Positions 1 through 9,531 are shown, counted from the stretch's first letter. The stretch: DNA of 64,000 nucleotides from Spirochaetota bacterium (GCA_036745755.1 DAIOFM010000005.1:17535-81534), one strand, 5' to 3'. Notes: generated by a model not told the origin, from the letters alone. Translations and numbers: made by a program.

Positions 1-633
1 TGCTATCCAGCTGGAAACCCTCTCTTCGCCATAGGTCTCTTTCATGATATTGAGAATAATATCAAGAGGTATGTCCTGGAATTCCCCGTGGTAGGAAAGA
101 TATTCCATGAATTTATTATTATCAGAATTGAATTCGTGCATTATTGAATCATCATGTCCGTTAAAGTTGAGCGGTTTGACCCTGAAATGCCTGCATAGAT
201 CAGCATTAAATGCAGGTGTGGCCTTGACCCATTTTCCTTCAAGCCATAATTCGCTGTAACCATGGGGCGCTATAATATTGGAGCCAAGGTATTCAGTAAA
301 CTGTTTTGTCGCAATATGATTTTTTACAGTGGCAAATCCTATTCGTGACGGGATCCCCGCAACACGCGCAGCAGCGCATAATAGTCCCGCTTTCTGAATA
401 CAGAATCCTTTTCCCGATTTGATTACACCGCTGGAGCGGTAATGTTCAGGCCTGTAAAAAGGGATGTAAGGGTCATACCTGATTCCGTCTCTTATGTGAT
501 AATATAATAATACAGCCTTTTCCACGTCGGTGATTTCTTTTCCTTCCAGAATGCTTTCTGTGTAGGAAATAACTTCGGTGCTGTCGCTGTCAATAATGGT
601 TCCCGGTAAAAGATATTGCTCCTGTGAAGTCAT
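1..633 (-). CDS. Transglutaminase-like (Cys-His) family protein, 3' end runs off the window
   Basis: Not in the ORF track. Manual translation from ATG at 633 (GGAGG RBS upstream) is open to base 1: MTSQEQYLLPG...IRDGIRYDPY...KGFCIQKAGLL...APHGYSELWLEGKWVKATPAFN. Confidence 0.8.
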   Translation of the reverse strand, partial: MTSQEQYLLPGTIIDSDSTEVISYTESILEGKEITDVEKAVLLYYHIRDGIRYDPYIPFYRPEHYRSSGVIKSGKGFCIQKAGLLCAAARVAGIPSRIGFATVKNHIATKQFTEYLGSNIIAPHGYSELWLEGKWVKATPAFNADLCRHFRVKPLNFNGHDDSIMHEFNSDNNKFMEYLSYHGEFQDIPLDIILNIMKETYGEERVSSWIA

Positions 634-795
634 GTCTGCCTCCTGAAATTAAACTTTTATCTTAATTACGGTTAAGTCAATTAAAATCGTTTTTTTATTT
701 ACATAAAGATTGTCATTTTAACATCATAAATAAATGATATTCAGGTATAAAGGGTTCATGATCGGGAATTAAATGGATTGAACTTCTGGTGAAAA

Positions 796-1482
796 ATGGA
801 TAAGAAAAAAATATTAAGTTCAAGGAATTTGCAGAGGGTCTATCTGATAGACAATCAGCCACTGTACAGGATGGGATTTATCCAGACCGTGAGCAGGAGC
901 GGCCTTTTTGACGTATGTCTTGAGTCGGAAAGTTACATTTTTGACAGTGAGGAATTCGCCTGGATTGATCCGGATATTATTGTTATGGATCTGATATATG
1001 ACGGCAGAAGCCCTTTTGATTTTATAGTATGGGTACATGATAATTTCCCCTCTGTACCGATACTTGTTCTTTCCATGCTGGATGAAAAAATATATGCTGA
1101 AAGGGCCCTTAAAGCCGGTGCTACCGGTTATCTGATGAAAAATACCGATGGAAGCGGTGTGCTTACAGCGCTTAAAACTGTTGCTAAACATGAACTTTCG
1201 CTGAGCAGCAGTATTTCGTCACAAATAGTGAGTAAGTATGTAAGCGGAACCGAGAAAATTGAGCTTGAACCTACATCCGTTCTTTCAGACCGGGAGATTG
1301 AGATATTTTTTTATATAGGAGGGGGAAAGACCTCTCGTGAAATATCCCGTATTCTCAATATCAGTATAAAAACTGTTGATAACCATAAAACATCAATCCG
1401 CGAAAAACTTTCACTGAGGAATCATATTGAACTCTCACAGAAAGCCGTACTCTGGCGTGAAAGTTCAGGAGAGAGGAGATGA
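796..1482 (+). CDS. NarL/FixJ-family response regulator (receiver + LuxR HTH), no adjacent kinase
   Basis: Receiver (YLIDNQ, VMDL, VLSM, GYLMK) plus C-terminal LSDREIEIF...SREISRILNISIKTVDNHKTSIREKL. Confidence 0.9.
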   Translation: MDKKKILSSRNLQRVYLIDNQPLYRMGFIQTVSRSGLFDVCLESESYIFDSEEFAWIDPDIIVMDLIYDGRSPFDFIVWVHDNFPSVPILVLSMLDEKIYAERALKAGATGYLMKNTDGSGVLTALKTVAKHELSLSSSISSQIVSKYVSGTEKIELEPTSVLSDREIEIFFYIGGGKTSREISRILNISIKTVDNHKTSIREKLSLRNHIELSQKAVLWRESSGERR

Positions 1483-2132
1483 GTATTTTTAAGAATATAA
1501 TTTTTGATCTGGACGGTACTCTTACAGATCCCGGGGTGGGGATAACACGTTCAGTCAGTTACGCTCTGAATAAATTCGGGATATCGGAAAAAACGGAAAA
1601 CCTGTATAAGTTTATAGGCCCCCCGCTCCGTGATTCATTTACAAAATATTACGGTTTCAGCAGAGAAAAAGCTGAAGAGGCTGTGTTGTATTACAGGGAA
1701 TATTTTTCAGAAACCGGAATATTTGAGAATGAAGTTTATCCCGGTATACCCGCACTTCTCTCTGAGTTAAAAAAATCAGGCAGGAATATATACCTTGCTA
1801 CAACAAAACCGATAATTTACGCTGAAAAAATACTTCATCATTTTGATCTTCACCGCTACTTCACCTCAACCGCAGGAAGCAATCTTGACGGCAGCAACGG
1901 GGAGAAGAGTGTCCTCATCGCCGGATTAATAAAAGGATACGGTATAACTGAGTTTACCCGTGCTGTAATGGTGGGCGACAGAAAATATGATATAGAGGGC
2001 GCCAGGGCAAACGGTATCGCCTCTGTAGGGGTGGCTTATGGCTATGCCGGGGAGGGGGAACTGGAGGAATCTATGCCCGATTATATCGCCGAAACAGTAA
2101 CGGATCTGAAAAAATTTTTATTAAACTCATAG
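1479..2132 (+). CDS. HAD-superfamily hydrolase (phosphoglycolate phosphatase/5'-nucleotidase-like)
   Basis: Motif I FDLDGTLTD, ATTK, motif IV MVGDRKYDI; ATGA overlap with the upstream gene. Confidence 0.9.
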   Translation: MSIFKNIIFDLDGTLTDPGVGITRSVSYALNKFGISEKTENLYKFIGPPLRDSFTKYYGFSREKAEEAVLYYREYFSETGIFENEVYPGIPALLSELKKSGRNIYLATTKPIIYAEKILHHFDLHRYFTSTAGSNLDGSNGEKSVLIAGLIKGYGITEFTRAVMVGDRKYDIEGARANGIASVGVAYGYAGEGELEESMPDYIAETVTDLKKFLLNS

Positions 2133-2288
2133 TCCCCGCTTCCGGCAAACAGTTTAGTATTTTGAAGCCAGTTGGCACGATTTTGCGGTAATAATCCTAA
2201 AAAAATCTTATGTCTCATGAAAAAGTACTTATCAAATTCCTGTTTTTACCGAATATGATAGTATAAAGGTATACAGGAGAGGTTTCAG

Positions 2289-2720
2289 ATGTTTGACGGA
2301 AGCGGAATGATGAGTACCAATTATATACTTGAAAAGTCACTGGATGTTGAATCCCTGAGGCGTAAAGTTATATCAGATAATGTCGCCAATGTGGATGTTC
2401 CTCATTTTAAACGAAGTGAAGTGAATTTTGAGAGCGAATTAAAAAGGGCTCTCAATCAGAACAAGGCCACAAATGAAAACCGTCTCCCCGCGATAATGAC
2501 AGAAGAAAAACATATTCCCTTTTTTATTGAACGGGATATAAAATCCGTATCACCAAGGATAAACGTGGATTATACAACATCCATGAGGAATGACGGCAAT
2601 AATGTTGATATTGAAAAAGAGATGGTTGACGCATCAAAGAACATGATGAGGTACAATGCCCTCATAAGTGCGCTTAACCACAATTATAAAATGATAAAAA
2701 TCGTTACCAGGGCAGTATAA
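2289..2720 (+). CDS. flgB: Flagellar basal-body rod protein FlgB
   Basis: RRKVISDNVANVDVPHFKR, RNDGNNVDIEKEM; first gene of the flgB-flgC-fliE run; GGAGAGG RBS. Confidence 0.95.
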   Translation: MFDGSGMMSTNYILEKSLDVESLRRKVISDNVANVDVPHFKRSEVNFESELKRALNQNKATNENRLPAIMTEEKHIPFFIERDIKSVSPRINVDYTTSMRNDGNNVDIEKEMVDASKNMMRYNALISALNHNYKMIKIVTRAV

Positions 2721-2739
2721 CAGGCTAAGGGAGTAGAAA

Positions 2740-3207
2740 ATGGGAATGTTTGACAGTTTTAATATTTCATCAACCGGCCTTACGGCTCAGAGGCTGAGGA
2801 TGGATGTGATAAGTGATAATATCGCAAACGCCACAACAACAAGGACTCCTGAAGGTGATGGCCCGTATGTTCGAAAAAGGGCTATATTCGCGCCTGTAAA
2901 CATAAGGCCCAAGTACAAGTCTCCTCTTGTACCGGATCGTATTGACAGCGGAATCGGCAGGGGGGTTCGCGTGGTTAAAATAGAGAAGGATTCCAGCCCT
3001 TTGCGGCTTGTGTATGATCCTTCCCATCCTGACGCAATTCAGACAGGGCCGGAAAAGGGTTACGTAAGGATGCCAAATGTAAATGTTGTAACAGAGATGA
3101 CAGATCTTATATCCGCTTCCAGGTCTTATGAAGCGAATGTAATGCTTGTAAATAACGCCAAGTCGATGTTTTCAAAGGCGCTTGAAATCGGCAGGACCGG
3201 CGCATAA
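2740..3207 (+). CDS. flgC: Flagellar basal-body rod protein FlgC
   Basis: GLTAQRLRMDVISDNIANATTTRT, YDPSHPDA, GYVRMPNVNVVTEMTDLISASRSYEAN. Confidence 0.97.
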   Translation: MGMFDSFNISSTGLTAQRLRMDVISDNIANATTTRTPEGDGPYVRKRAIFAPVNIRPKYKSPLVPDRIDSGIGRGVRVVKIEKDSSPLRLVYDPSHPDAIQTGPEKGYVRMPNVNVVTEMTDLISASRSYEANVMLVNNAKSMFSKALEIGRTGA

Positions 3208-3221
3208 CAGGGAGGTAAAAC

Positions 3222-3365
3222 ATGTTCAGGGAAAGAACCATAAGAGATGAAATTAAAATCACGCATGACCTTTCAGGAAAGGTTAATGTGAAAAAGAGTG
3301 AAAAAATCGCGAGATTTGATGATGAATATTTCATGGATCTCAGAGTCGAAATGAAATACGCATAA
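3222..3365 (+). CDS. Small hypothetical protein (47 aa) between flgC and fliE
   Basis: Manual: GGGAGGT RBS then ATG at 3222; MFRERTIRDEIKITHDLSGKVNVKKSEKIARFDDEYFMDLRVEMKYA, TAA at 3363-3365; fills the flgC-fliE gap almost exactly. Confidence 0.65.
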   Translation: MFRERTIRDEIKITHDLSGKVNVKKSEKIARFDDEYFMDLRVEMKYA

Positions 3366-3390
3366 CAGACAGATATAAAGGAGTGTTAAA

Positions 3391-3717
3391 ATGATAAACA
3401 GTACAGCCGTAAACGGTAATCTGGTAAGAATGTTTACAACAGATCCGCTTCACTATAGTGGTGAAGCACCCCGTAGAAGATCTTCAGATGATGTATCAGG
3501 TTCATTCGCGGATATGCTTAACAGCGCTGTGACGAAGACCAATGATCTTCAGGTAGACTCTGAAGCACTCATGAAAAAAATGGTAACAGAGCCTGAGTCT
3601 GTTGATATACACCAGGTGATGATTGCGTCACAGAAAGCTGAACTCGCACTGGGTCTGACAAAAGCAGTGAGAGATGGCGCGCTTAATGCTTACAGAGAGC
3701 TCATGAATCTCAGATAA
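3391..3717 (+). CDS. fliE: Flagellar hook-basal body protein FliE
   Basis: SFADML...VDIHQVMIASQKAELAL...VRDGALNAYRELMNLR; position after flgC; AAGGAG RBS. Confidence 0.93.
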   Translation: MINSTAVNGNLVRMFTTDPLHYSGEAPRRRSSDDVSGSFADMLNSAVTKTNDLQVDSEALMKKMVTEPESVDIHQVMIASQKAELALGLTKAVRDGALNAYRELMNLR

Positions 3718-3724
3718 CGTGAAA

Positions 3725-3758
3725 AATCGGGTGTAAATGCTTCATTTTGCACCCGATT
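3725..3758 (+). terminator. Intercistronic stem-loop between fliE and fliF
   Basis: AATCGGGTG (3725-3733) / CACCCGATT (3750-3758) with inner AAATG/CATTT; no clear U-tract. Confidence 0.5.
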
Positions 3759-3791
3759 CTGACATTTAAAGGGAGTTTTTCAGGAAATTAA

Positions 3792-3819
3792 TTGACATTT
3801 TTTGTTATTGTTTTATAAA
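3792..3819 (+). promoter_or_regulatory. Putative sigma70 promoter for fliF
   Basis: TTGACA (3792-3797), 16 nt, TATAAA (3814-3819), about 50 nt before the fliF ATG. Confidence 0.5.
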
Positions 3820-3871
3820 AGTATTATGTCGCATTAGTCGAATGATAAACCCCCTGTTCCGGAGGCGTTAA

Positions 3872-5572
3872 ATGGGTGATCTTATAAAAAGAATATTTGA
3901 TCAGGTAAAAGAGATCTATGGCAAGCTTGACCGCACTAAAAGGATAATTGTCGGTGTCGTTCTTGTGTTGGTGCTTGTCTCTTTCGGCGTACTCTTTACC
4001 GTGTCGAGTAATGAGCCCAATGTGATGCTTTTTGCTGAACTTTCTTCCGATGATTTCGGCTCGATAACCAAAAAACTTGATGAAATGGGCTACAGGTATG
4101 AAACATCCGGGTCCACATCTGTTTTTGTCAAGCCGAAAGACAGGGCTCTTATTGTAACTAAACTTGCCCAGGAAAACATGCTCCCCAAGGGGGTTCCCGG
4201 ATTCAAACTTTTTGATATTTCAAACTGGACGCAGACGGACAAGGAACTTGATGTAAAATTTATGCGCGCCCTTCGCGGTGAGATTCAGAGGCATATAGAA
4301 TCACTGCAGAATATCAATAAAGCTGATGTTGAAATAGCGATGTCGGAGGAGAGCCTTTATTCCGACAAAAACACACCTTATACAGCAGCTGTTACTGTAC
4401 ATCTTGCTCCCGGATACGATAAACTTTCAACAAAAGAGATTAAAGGTATAGTCTACCTTGTTTCACGGGCTGTCGGCCCCAGGCTTAAGCCTGAAAATGT
4501 TACTGTAACTGACAATTCCGGTAAAATAATATCCGATTTTGACGATGATTTTGAAAACGAGAAAAAAGAATATACCATAATCGAATTCAGACGAAAAATA
4601 GAGGAACAGGCCAGGGTAAGGCTTCTGAAAGAGATTCGTGAAGGCCTGCAGAGAATCTACTCCTCCGACAGGATACAGATTGTCCGCCTGAATATGGATT
4701 TTAACTGGGATAAAATCTCGGAAGAACAGACCGAACATACTCCTGTTACAATGATTCCCGATGATCCAAGGACTCCTTATTCTGAAAGAAAGGTAAAGGA
4801 TTCTCTTATCGTATCAGAAAAGACTACAAAAGAAAATTTCAAGGGGCACGGCTGGAATCCTGAGGGCCCTGCCGGTACTGAAGGCAATACGCCTCCCGGG
4901 TATAAGGCAAGTGATGACCAGTTTGCACAGTATGACAAACAGGAAGATATTAAAAATCATGCTATAAATAAAACTGTGCGGAATATTGCACGTGATCCTT
5001 ATGATATAACGAGAGTAACAGTGGCAATTGCGATTGACGGGCAGCAGGATCTTCCCAGGTTCCCTGACGGTGAATACGACCTTGATCCTGCAAAAAAACC
5101 GGTTCAGATCGCCCTTAAAGAGGATGAGCTAAAGAAAGCAGAGAATATAGTTAAAAAAGCGATTAATTTTGATGATGCCAGGGGTGATCAGGTCGCAGTT
5201 GAGAACATAATGTTTGACAGGACTGCTTACTGGAATTCAATAAGGGAAGAATACAGGAGAAAAGAGCAGATAAAAATGCTCCTCCTGGCGTCACTTATAG
5301 GTGTCGTGGCCCTTTTTGTCGGATTTATACTTTTCAGGGCCATACAGAAAGAACTGGAGAGAAGGAGAAGGGCAAGGGAAGAGGCGCTTGCACTGGAACA
5401 GCAGCGTATGCGTGAAGCCGCTCTCAAGGCTGCAGAAGAAGAGGGTATTGATGTGGAACTCTCACTGGAAGAGCGTGCAAGGCTTGAACTTCAGCAGAGC
5501 GCCCTGCAGCTTGCCAAGGAGCGTCCGGATGATGTGGCCCAGCTTCTCAGAACATGGCTTGCTGAAGAATAG
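3872..5572 (+). CDS. fliF: Flagellar M-ring protein FliF
   Basis: N-terminal TM, LPKGVPGFKLFDISNWTQTD, RALRGEI, TAAVTVHL, second TM near the C-terminus, AQLLRTWLAEE end. Confidence 0.95.
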   Translation: MGDLIKRIFDQVKEIYGKLDRTKRIIVGVVLVLVLVSFGVLFTVSSNEPNVMLFAELSSDDFGSITKKLDEMGYRYETSGSTSVFVKPKDRALIVTKLAQENMLPKGVPGFKLFDISNWTQTDKELDVKFMRALRGEIQRHIESLQNINKADVEIAMSEESLYSDKNTPYTAAVTVHLAPGYDKLSTKEIKGIVYLVSRAVGPRLKPENVTVTDNSGKIISDFDDDFENEKKEYTIIEFRRKIEEQARVRLLKEIREGLQRIYSSDRIQIVRLNMDFNWDKISEEQTEHTPVTMIPDDPRTPYSERKVKDSLIVSEKTTKENFKGHGWNPEGPAGTEGNTPPGYKASDDQFAQYDKQEDIKNHAINKTVRNIARDPYDITRVTVAIAIDGQQDLPRFPDGEYDLDPAKKPVQIALKEDELKKAENIVKKAINFDDARGDQVAVENIMFDRTAYWNSIREEYRRKEQIKMLLLASLIGVVALFVGFILFRAIQKELERRRRAREEALALEQQRMREAALKAAEEEGIDVELSLEERARLELQQSALQLAKERPDDVAQLLRTWLAEE

Positions 5573-5580
5573 TTTTTAAT

Positions 5581-5609
5581 TTGACAATTGTTGAAAAACT
5601 GTCGATAAT
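5581..5609 (+). promoter_or_regulatory. Putative sigma70 promoter for fliG
   Basis: TTGACA (5581-5586), 17 nt, GATAAT (5604-5609). Confidence 0.55.
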
Positions 5610-5678
5610 ATTATTGTAAATATTTATGCCGATACTATCGGCTAAACTTTTCTGTTATCAGGATTGCGGGGTTAATTA

Positions 5679-6695
5679 ATGCATCAGTCGAAAAAATCCC
5701 AGTTAACGGGGAGGCAGAAAGCTGCCATATTTCTTGTTTCTCTCGGGTCTGATGTCTCGTCAGAGATTTTCAAACATCTCCGTGAAGATGAAATAGAACA
5801 GCTTACTTTTGAAATAGCCCGACTTGACAAGATTGAACCTGACGATAAAGACAGGGTTCTTCAGGAGTTTCAGGAAATGATGATGGCCCAGGAGTTTATC
5901 TCTCAGGGCGGTATCGATTATGCCCGGGATGTTCTTGAACGGGCACTGGGTACGCAGAAAGCTATTGATATTGTAAACCGTCTGACTTCATCGTTGCAGG
6001 TCAGGCCTTTCGATTTTATCAGGCGTACAGACCCGAGTCATCTTCTTAACTTTATACAGGGGGAACACCCCCAGACTATTGCCCTTATTCTCGCTTATCT
6101 TGATCCCCAGAAAGCGGCTATGATACTTGCTGAACTTCCTCATAATGTTCAGGCAGACGTTGCCAGAAGAATTGCGGAGATGAAGAGAACTTCTCCTGAT
6201 GTACTTCGCGAGGTAGAACGGGTACTTGAAAGAAAACTTTCAACTCTGGCAAGTGAGGATTTTACCCAGGCGGGAGGTATCGATACGGTTGTTGAAGTTC
6301 TCAATAACGTTGACCGTGGTACTGAGAAGATTATTATTGAGGCCCTTGAGGAAGAGGACCCTGAACTTGCTGAAGAGATTAAGAAGAGAATGTTCGTATT
6401 TGAAGACATCGTTCTGCTTGATGACAGGTCTATTCAGAAGGTTCTGCGGGAGGTTGATACCCAGGAGCTGGCAAAGGCACTGAAAGGGGTTGACGCTGAG
6501 GTGCAGGAGAAAATATTCAGAAATATGTCTAAACGGGCCGCACAGCTGCTTCGTGAGGATATGGATTTTATGGGCCCTATAAGGCTGCGTGATGTTGAGG
6601 AATCGCAGCAGAAAATTGTTAACATAATAAGAAAACTTGAAGACGCCGGCGATATAGTAGTCGCGAGAGCGGGTGAGGAGGAACTCGTTGTCTAA
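5679..6695 (+). CDS. fliG: Flagellar motor switch protein FliG
   Basis: LTGRQKAAIFLVSLG, EHPQTIALIL, MFVFEDI, LAKALKG, DVEESQQKIV. Confidence 0.97.
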   Translation: MHQSKKSQLTGRQKAAIFLVSLGSDVSSEIFKHLREDEIEQLTFEIARLDKIEPDDKDRVLQEFQEMMMAQEFISQGGIDYARDVLERALGTQKAIDIVNRLTSSLQVRPFDFIRRTDPSHLLNFIQGEHPQTIALILAYLDPQKAAMILAELPHNVQADVARRIAEMKRTSPDVLREVERVLERKLSTLASEDFTQAGGIDTVVEVLNNVDRGTEKIIIEALEEEDPELAEEIKKRMFVFEDIVLLDDRSIQKVLREVDTQELAKALKGVDAEVQEKIFRNMSKRAAQLLREDMDFMGPIRLRDVEESQQKIVNIIRKLEDAGDIVVARAGEEELVV

Positions 6696-7614
6696 ACTTG
6701 TATTTAAACCGGGTGAAGTACATCATGCAACTGTTGTTAAACAGGTGGATCTCCCTGCCAAGTACCAGAAAAACCTCATAGATGCAGAAGAATATCATGA
6801 ATTTGAGATGGATGAGGACGGGAATCCCATAGATGTTTACCAGGGCCCTTCAATTGAGGAGATGGAGGCCGAGCTTGAGCGTTATCGCCGTGAAACAGAG
6901 GAAGAAGTCAGGCAGATGCTTGAGCAGGCGAGAGCAAGGGCTGCAAAGATTGAGGAAGAGGGCAAGTCTGCGGCATTCACCGAACTTGAAAAAGTAAGAG
7001 AACAGATCAAAATAGAAAAAGAGAGACATAGATCAGAAGCTGAGCGTGAAATAGAAAAAAGCAAATTTGAAGCCGAAAAGATAATACTTGAAGCAGAAAA
7101 AAAAGTTTCAGAAATTGAACATGACGCATATATGAAAGGGCATGAGGCCGGTCGTGAAGAGGGTTATAAAGAGGGCCAGGCAGAGGTCATGAGGCTTATT
7201 GACCGACTCGGGACTATTGTATCAACAGCAGTGGATATACGGGATGATATAATCAAATCTTCAGAGAAACTTATGACTGAAATGATTCTAATGATTGCCC
7301 GTAAAGTAATCAAGGATGAGATAGTTGAACGACGTGAAGTTGTAATAAATAATATCAAGGAATCTATAAAACGTGTTAAAGACCGTGACAGGATCGACAT
7401 AAGGGTCAATTTTGCCGACCTTGATATGACAACAGCGCATAAAGATGAACTTATTAAGATGATGGAATCACTTAAGAAGGTTAATATATATGAAGATTCC
7501 AGAGTTGAAAGAGGCGGATGTATAATTGAAACTGACGTTGGTGCCATTGATGCAAGGATATCGACTCAGCTTGATGCGATAGAAGAGGCGATAAGAAACA
7601 CAAGTACTCTCTAA
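6688..7614 (+). CDS. fliH: Flagellar export protein FliH
   Basis: Likely TTG start at 6688 after GAGGAGG (ORF track starts at 6673); AxxxGxxxG repeats (AYMKGHEAGREEGYKEG), GGCIIETDVGAIDARI. Confidence 0.92.
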   Translation: MSKLVFKPGEVHHATVVKQVDLPAKYQKNLIDAEEYHEFEMDEDGNPIDVYQGPSIEEMEAELERYRRETEEEVRQMLEQARARAAKIEEEGKSAAFTELEKVREQIKIEKERHRSEAEREIEKSKFEAEKIILEAEKKVSEIEHDAYMKGHEAGREEGYKEGQAEVMRLIDRLGTIVSTAVDIRDDIIKSSEKLMTEMILMIARKVIKDEIVERREVVINNIKESIKRVKDRDRIDIRVNFADLDMTTAHKDELIKMMESLKKVNIYEDSRVERGGCIIETDVGAIDARISTQLDAIEEAIRNTSTL

Positions 7615-7617
7615 TAG

Positions 7618-7644
7618 AAATACCGGATCAATGATCCGGTATTT
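7618..7644. repeat. Perfect 13-bp inverted repeat between fliH and fliI
   Basis: AAATACCGGATCA-A-TGATCCGGTATTT. Confidence 0.85.
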
Positions 7645-7669
7645 TAAATAATGTTCAGGAGACATAATA

Positions 7670-9073
7670 TTGATAAACATCCTTCCACATGAAAAAGTAG
7701 ATATACTCTCCAAGTATAAGGAGATCATCGATGAAGTTGAGGTCATTAAATTCACCGGGCATGTGGAGCGTATTATAGGTCTTACAATAGAGTCTGTAGG
7801 GCCTGCCGTAAAGTACGGTGATTTATGTAAAATAAAAACCGGCGAGAGCCAGTACCTGTATACTGAAGTTGTCGGTTTTAACAGGAACAGGGTTATACTG
7901 ATGCCCATAGGTGATATGAAGGGTGTCGTACCTGGAGCTGAAGTTTACGCGGTCGGTACCTCTCTGATGGTACCTGTTGGAAAGGAACTTCTTGGCAGGG
8001 TAATTTCAGGAATCGGCAAGCCCCTTGACGGCAAAGGCGAGATATATGCCCGTAACAGGTATCCCGTTGAAGGGAGGGAGATGAATCCGCTTAACCGGAC
8101 TATTATCACTGAGCCGCTTTCTGTGGGTATCCGTGCCATTGACGGTCTTATAACTGTTGGAAGAGGGCAGAGAATTGGTATCTTCTCCGGTTCAGGTGTA
8201 GGAAAATCGACACTCCTCGGTATGATAGCGAGATATACAGATGCTGACGTAAACGTAATTGCGTTAATCGGTGAAAGGGGGAGAGAGGTTAAGGATTTTG
8301 TTGAAAAAGAACTGGGTACCGAGGGAGCGAAACGTTCAATTGTTGTTGCCGCCACTTCTGATCAGCCCCCAATGCTGAGACTCCGAGGAGCCTTTCTTGC
8401 CCATGCTATAGCTGAATATTTCAGGGATCAGGGAATGGCTGTAAACCTCCTTTTTGATTCCATAACAAGGTTTGCCATGGCACAACGTGAAGTTGGACTT
8501 GCAGCAGGTGAACCCTCGGCCACAAGGGGGTATCCCCCTTCAGTTTTTTCCATGATGCCGAGACTTCTTGAAAGGGCCGGTACAAGCAACACCGGCGGGA
8601 GTATTACCGGGTTCTATACGGTTCTTGTGGAAGGAGACGACATGAATGAACCGATAGCCGACGCGGCACGAGGTATACTTGACGGGCATATCGTCCTTGA
8701 CCGTAAACTGGCTAATAAGGGCCATTACCCTGCCGTGAATGTTCTGGCTTCAGTGTCCAGGTGTATGAAAGATGTTGTTGATGACAGCCATCTTGACGCT
8801 TCATATAAATTCCGTGAACTTCTGGCCGCTTACACTGACGCGGAAGACCTTATCAATCTCGGAGGATATGTCCGTGGAGCTAATCCCGTCGTAGACAGGG
8901 CAATAAGCATGATGGGCAGCATGAACGAATTTCTTAAACAGGGAATTTATGAAAAGGACACCTTCCCATCCATAAAGGAGAAGATGGTATCAATGATTTA
9001 TCCTGAAGAGAAAAAAACCAGGCAGCCGGCGGTTCAGGGCGGAGCACCAGCATTTGCCCAGGTGGTAAGGTAA
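7670..9073 (+). CDS. fliI: Flagellar export ATPase FliI
   Basis: GIFSGSGVGKSTLLGMI, ALIGERGREV, DSITRFAMAQREVGL, GHYPAVNVLASVSR; between fliH and fliJ. Confidence 0.96.
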   Translation: MINILPHEKVDILSKYKEIIDEVEVIKFTGHVERIIGLTIESVGPAVKYGDLCKIKTGESQYLYTEVVGFNRNRVILMPIGDMKGVVPGAEVYAVGTSLMVPVGKELLGRVISGIGKPLDGKGEIYARNRYPVEGREMNPLNRTIITEPLSVGIRAIDGLITVGRGQRIGIFSGSGVGKSTLLGMIARYTDADVNVIALIGERGREVKDFVEKELGTEGAKRSIVVAATSDQPPMLRLRGAFLAHAIAEYFRDQGMAVNLLFDSITRFAMAQREVGLAAGEPSATRGYPPSVFSMMPRLLERAGTSNTGGSITGFYTVLVEGDDMNEPIADAARGILDGHIVLDRKLANKGHYPAVNVLASVSRCMKDVVDDSHLDASYKFRELLAAYTDAEDLINLGGYVRGANPVVDRAISMMGSMNEFLKQGIYEKDTFPSIKEKMVSMIYPEEKKTRQPAVQGGAPAFAQVVR

Positions 9074-9081
9074 TCTGATTT

Positions 9082-9531
9082 ATGAAAAAGTTTCAATTCA
9101 GGCTTCAGAGGCTTCTTGATTTAAGGGAGGCTAAAGAAAATGAGATTAAAAATGAACTTATGAAAGTCCTTTCTCTTCAAAATAAAGAACGTGTTCTGCA
9201 GGAGGAGCTGCGCACAAGGATAAATCATTACGAGGCCTCTTATGGCGAGATGATTAAAAAAGGGGGGTTTGACGCGGATAAGGCTATGTCTGTGTTACGT
9301 TTCGCTGATGTTTCACGAAGAGCTATTGATGAGGCGGAAAAGAGAATTGAAAAACTCGAGCCTGAGGCTAACAGAATCAGGGAAAAACTTGTTATTGCCT
9401 CCCGTGATAAAAAGGTTGTTGAAAAACTGAAAGAGCGGAAACTGGAAGAATATAATTATGAAGTTAACAGGGAAGTTTCAAAAGAAAATGATGATATGAA
9501 CCAGAAGATTCATCATAAGAAGCTGATGTGA
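9082..9531 (+). CDS. fliJ: Flagellar export protein FliJ
   Basis: MKKFQFRLQRLLDLRE N-terminus, coiled coil, KVVEKLKERK; follows fliI. Confidence 0.92.
   Translation: MKKFQFRLQRLLDLREAKENEIKNELMKVLSLQNKERVLQEELRTRINHYEASYGEMIKKGGFDADKAMSVLRFADVSRRAIDEAEKRIEKLEPEANRIREKLVIASRDKKVVEKLKERKLEEYNYEVNREVSKENDDMNQKIHHKKLM

Noticed and set aside
2173-2186. Sigma54-like -24/-12 element TGGCACGATTTTGC upstream of flgB
   Set aside because: Only 9 nt separate GG and GC; sigma54 requires 10, and a 1-nt change normally abolishes function.
3107-3334. Minus-strand 75-aa ORF across the flgC end
   Set aside because: Antisense shadow; the plus-strand 47-aa ORF with a strong RBS explains the region better.
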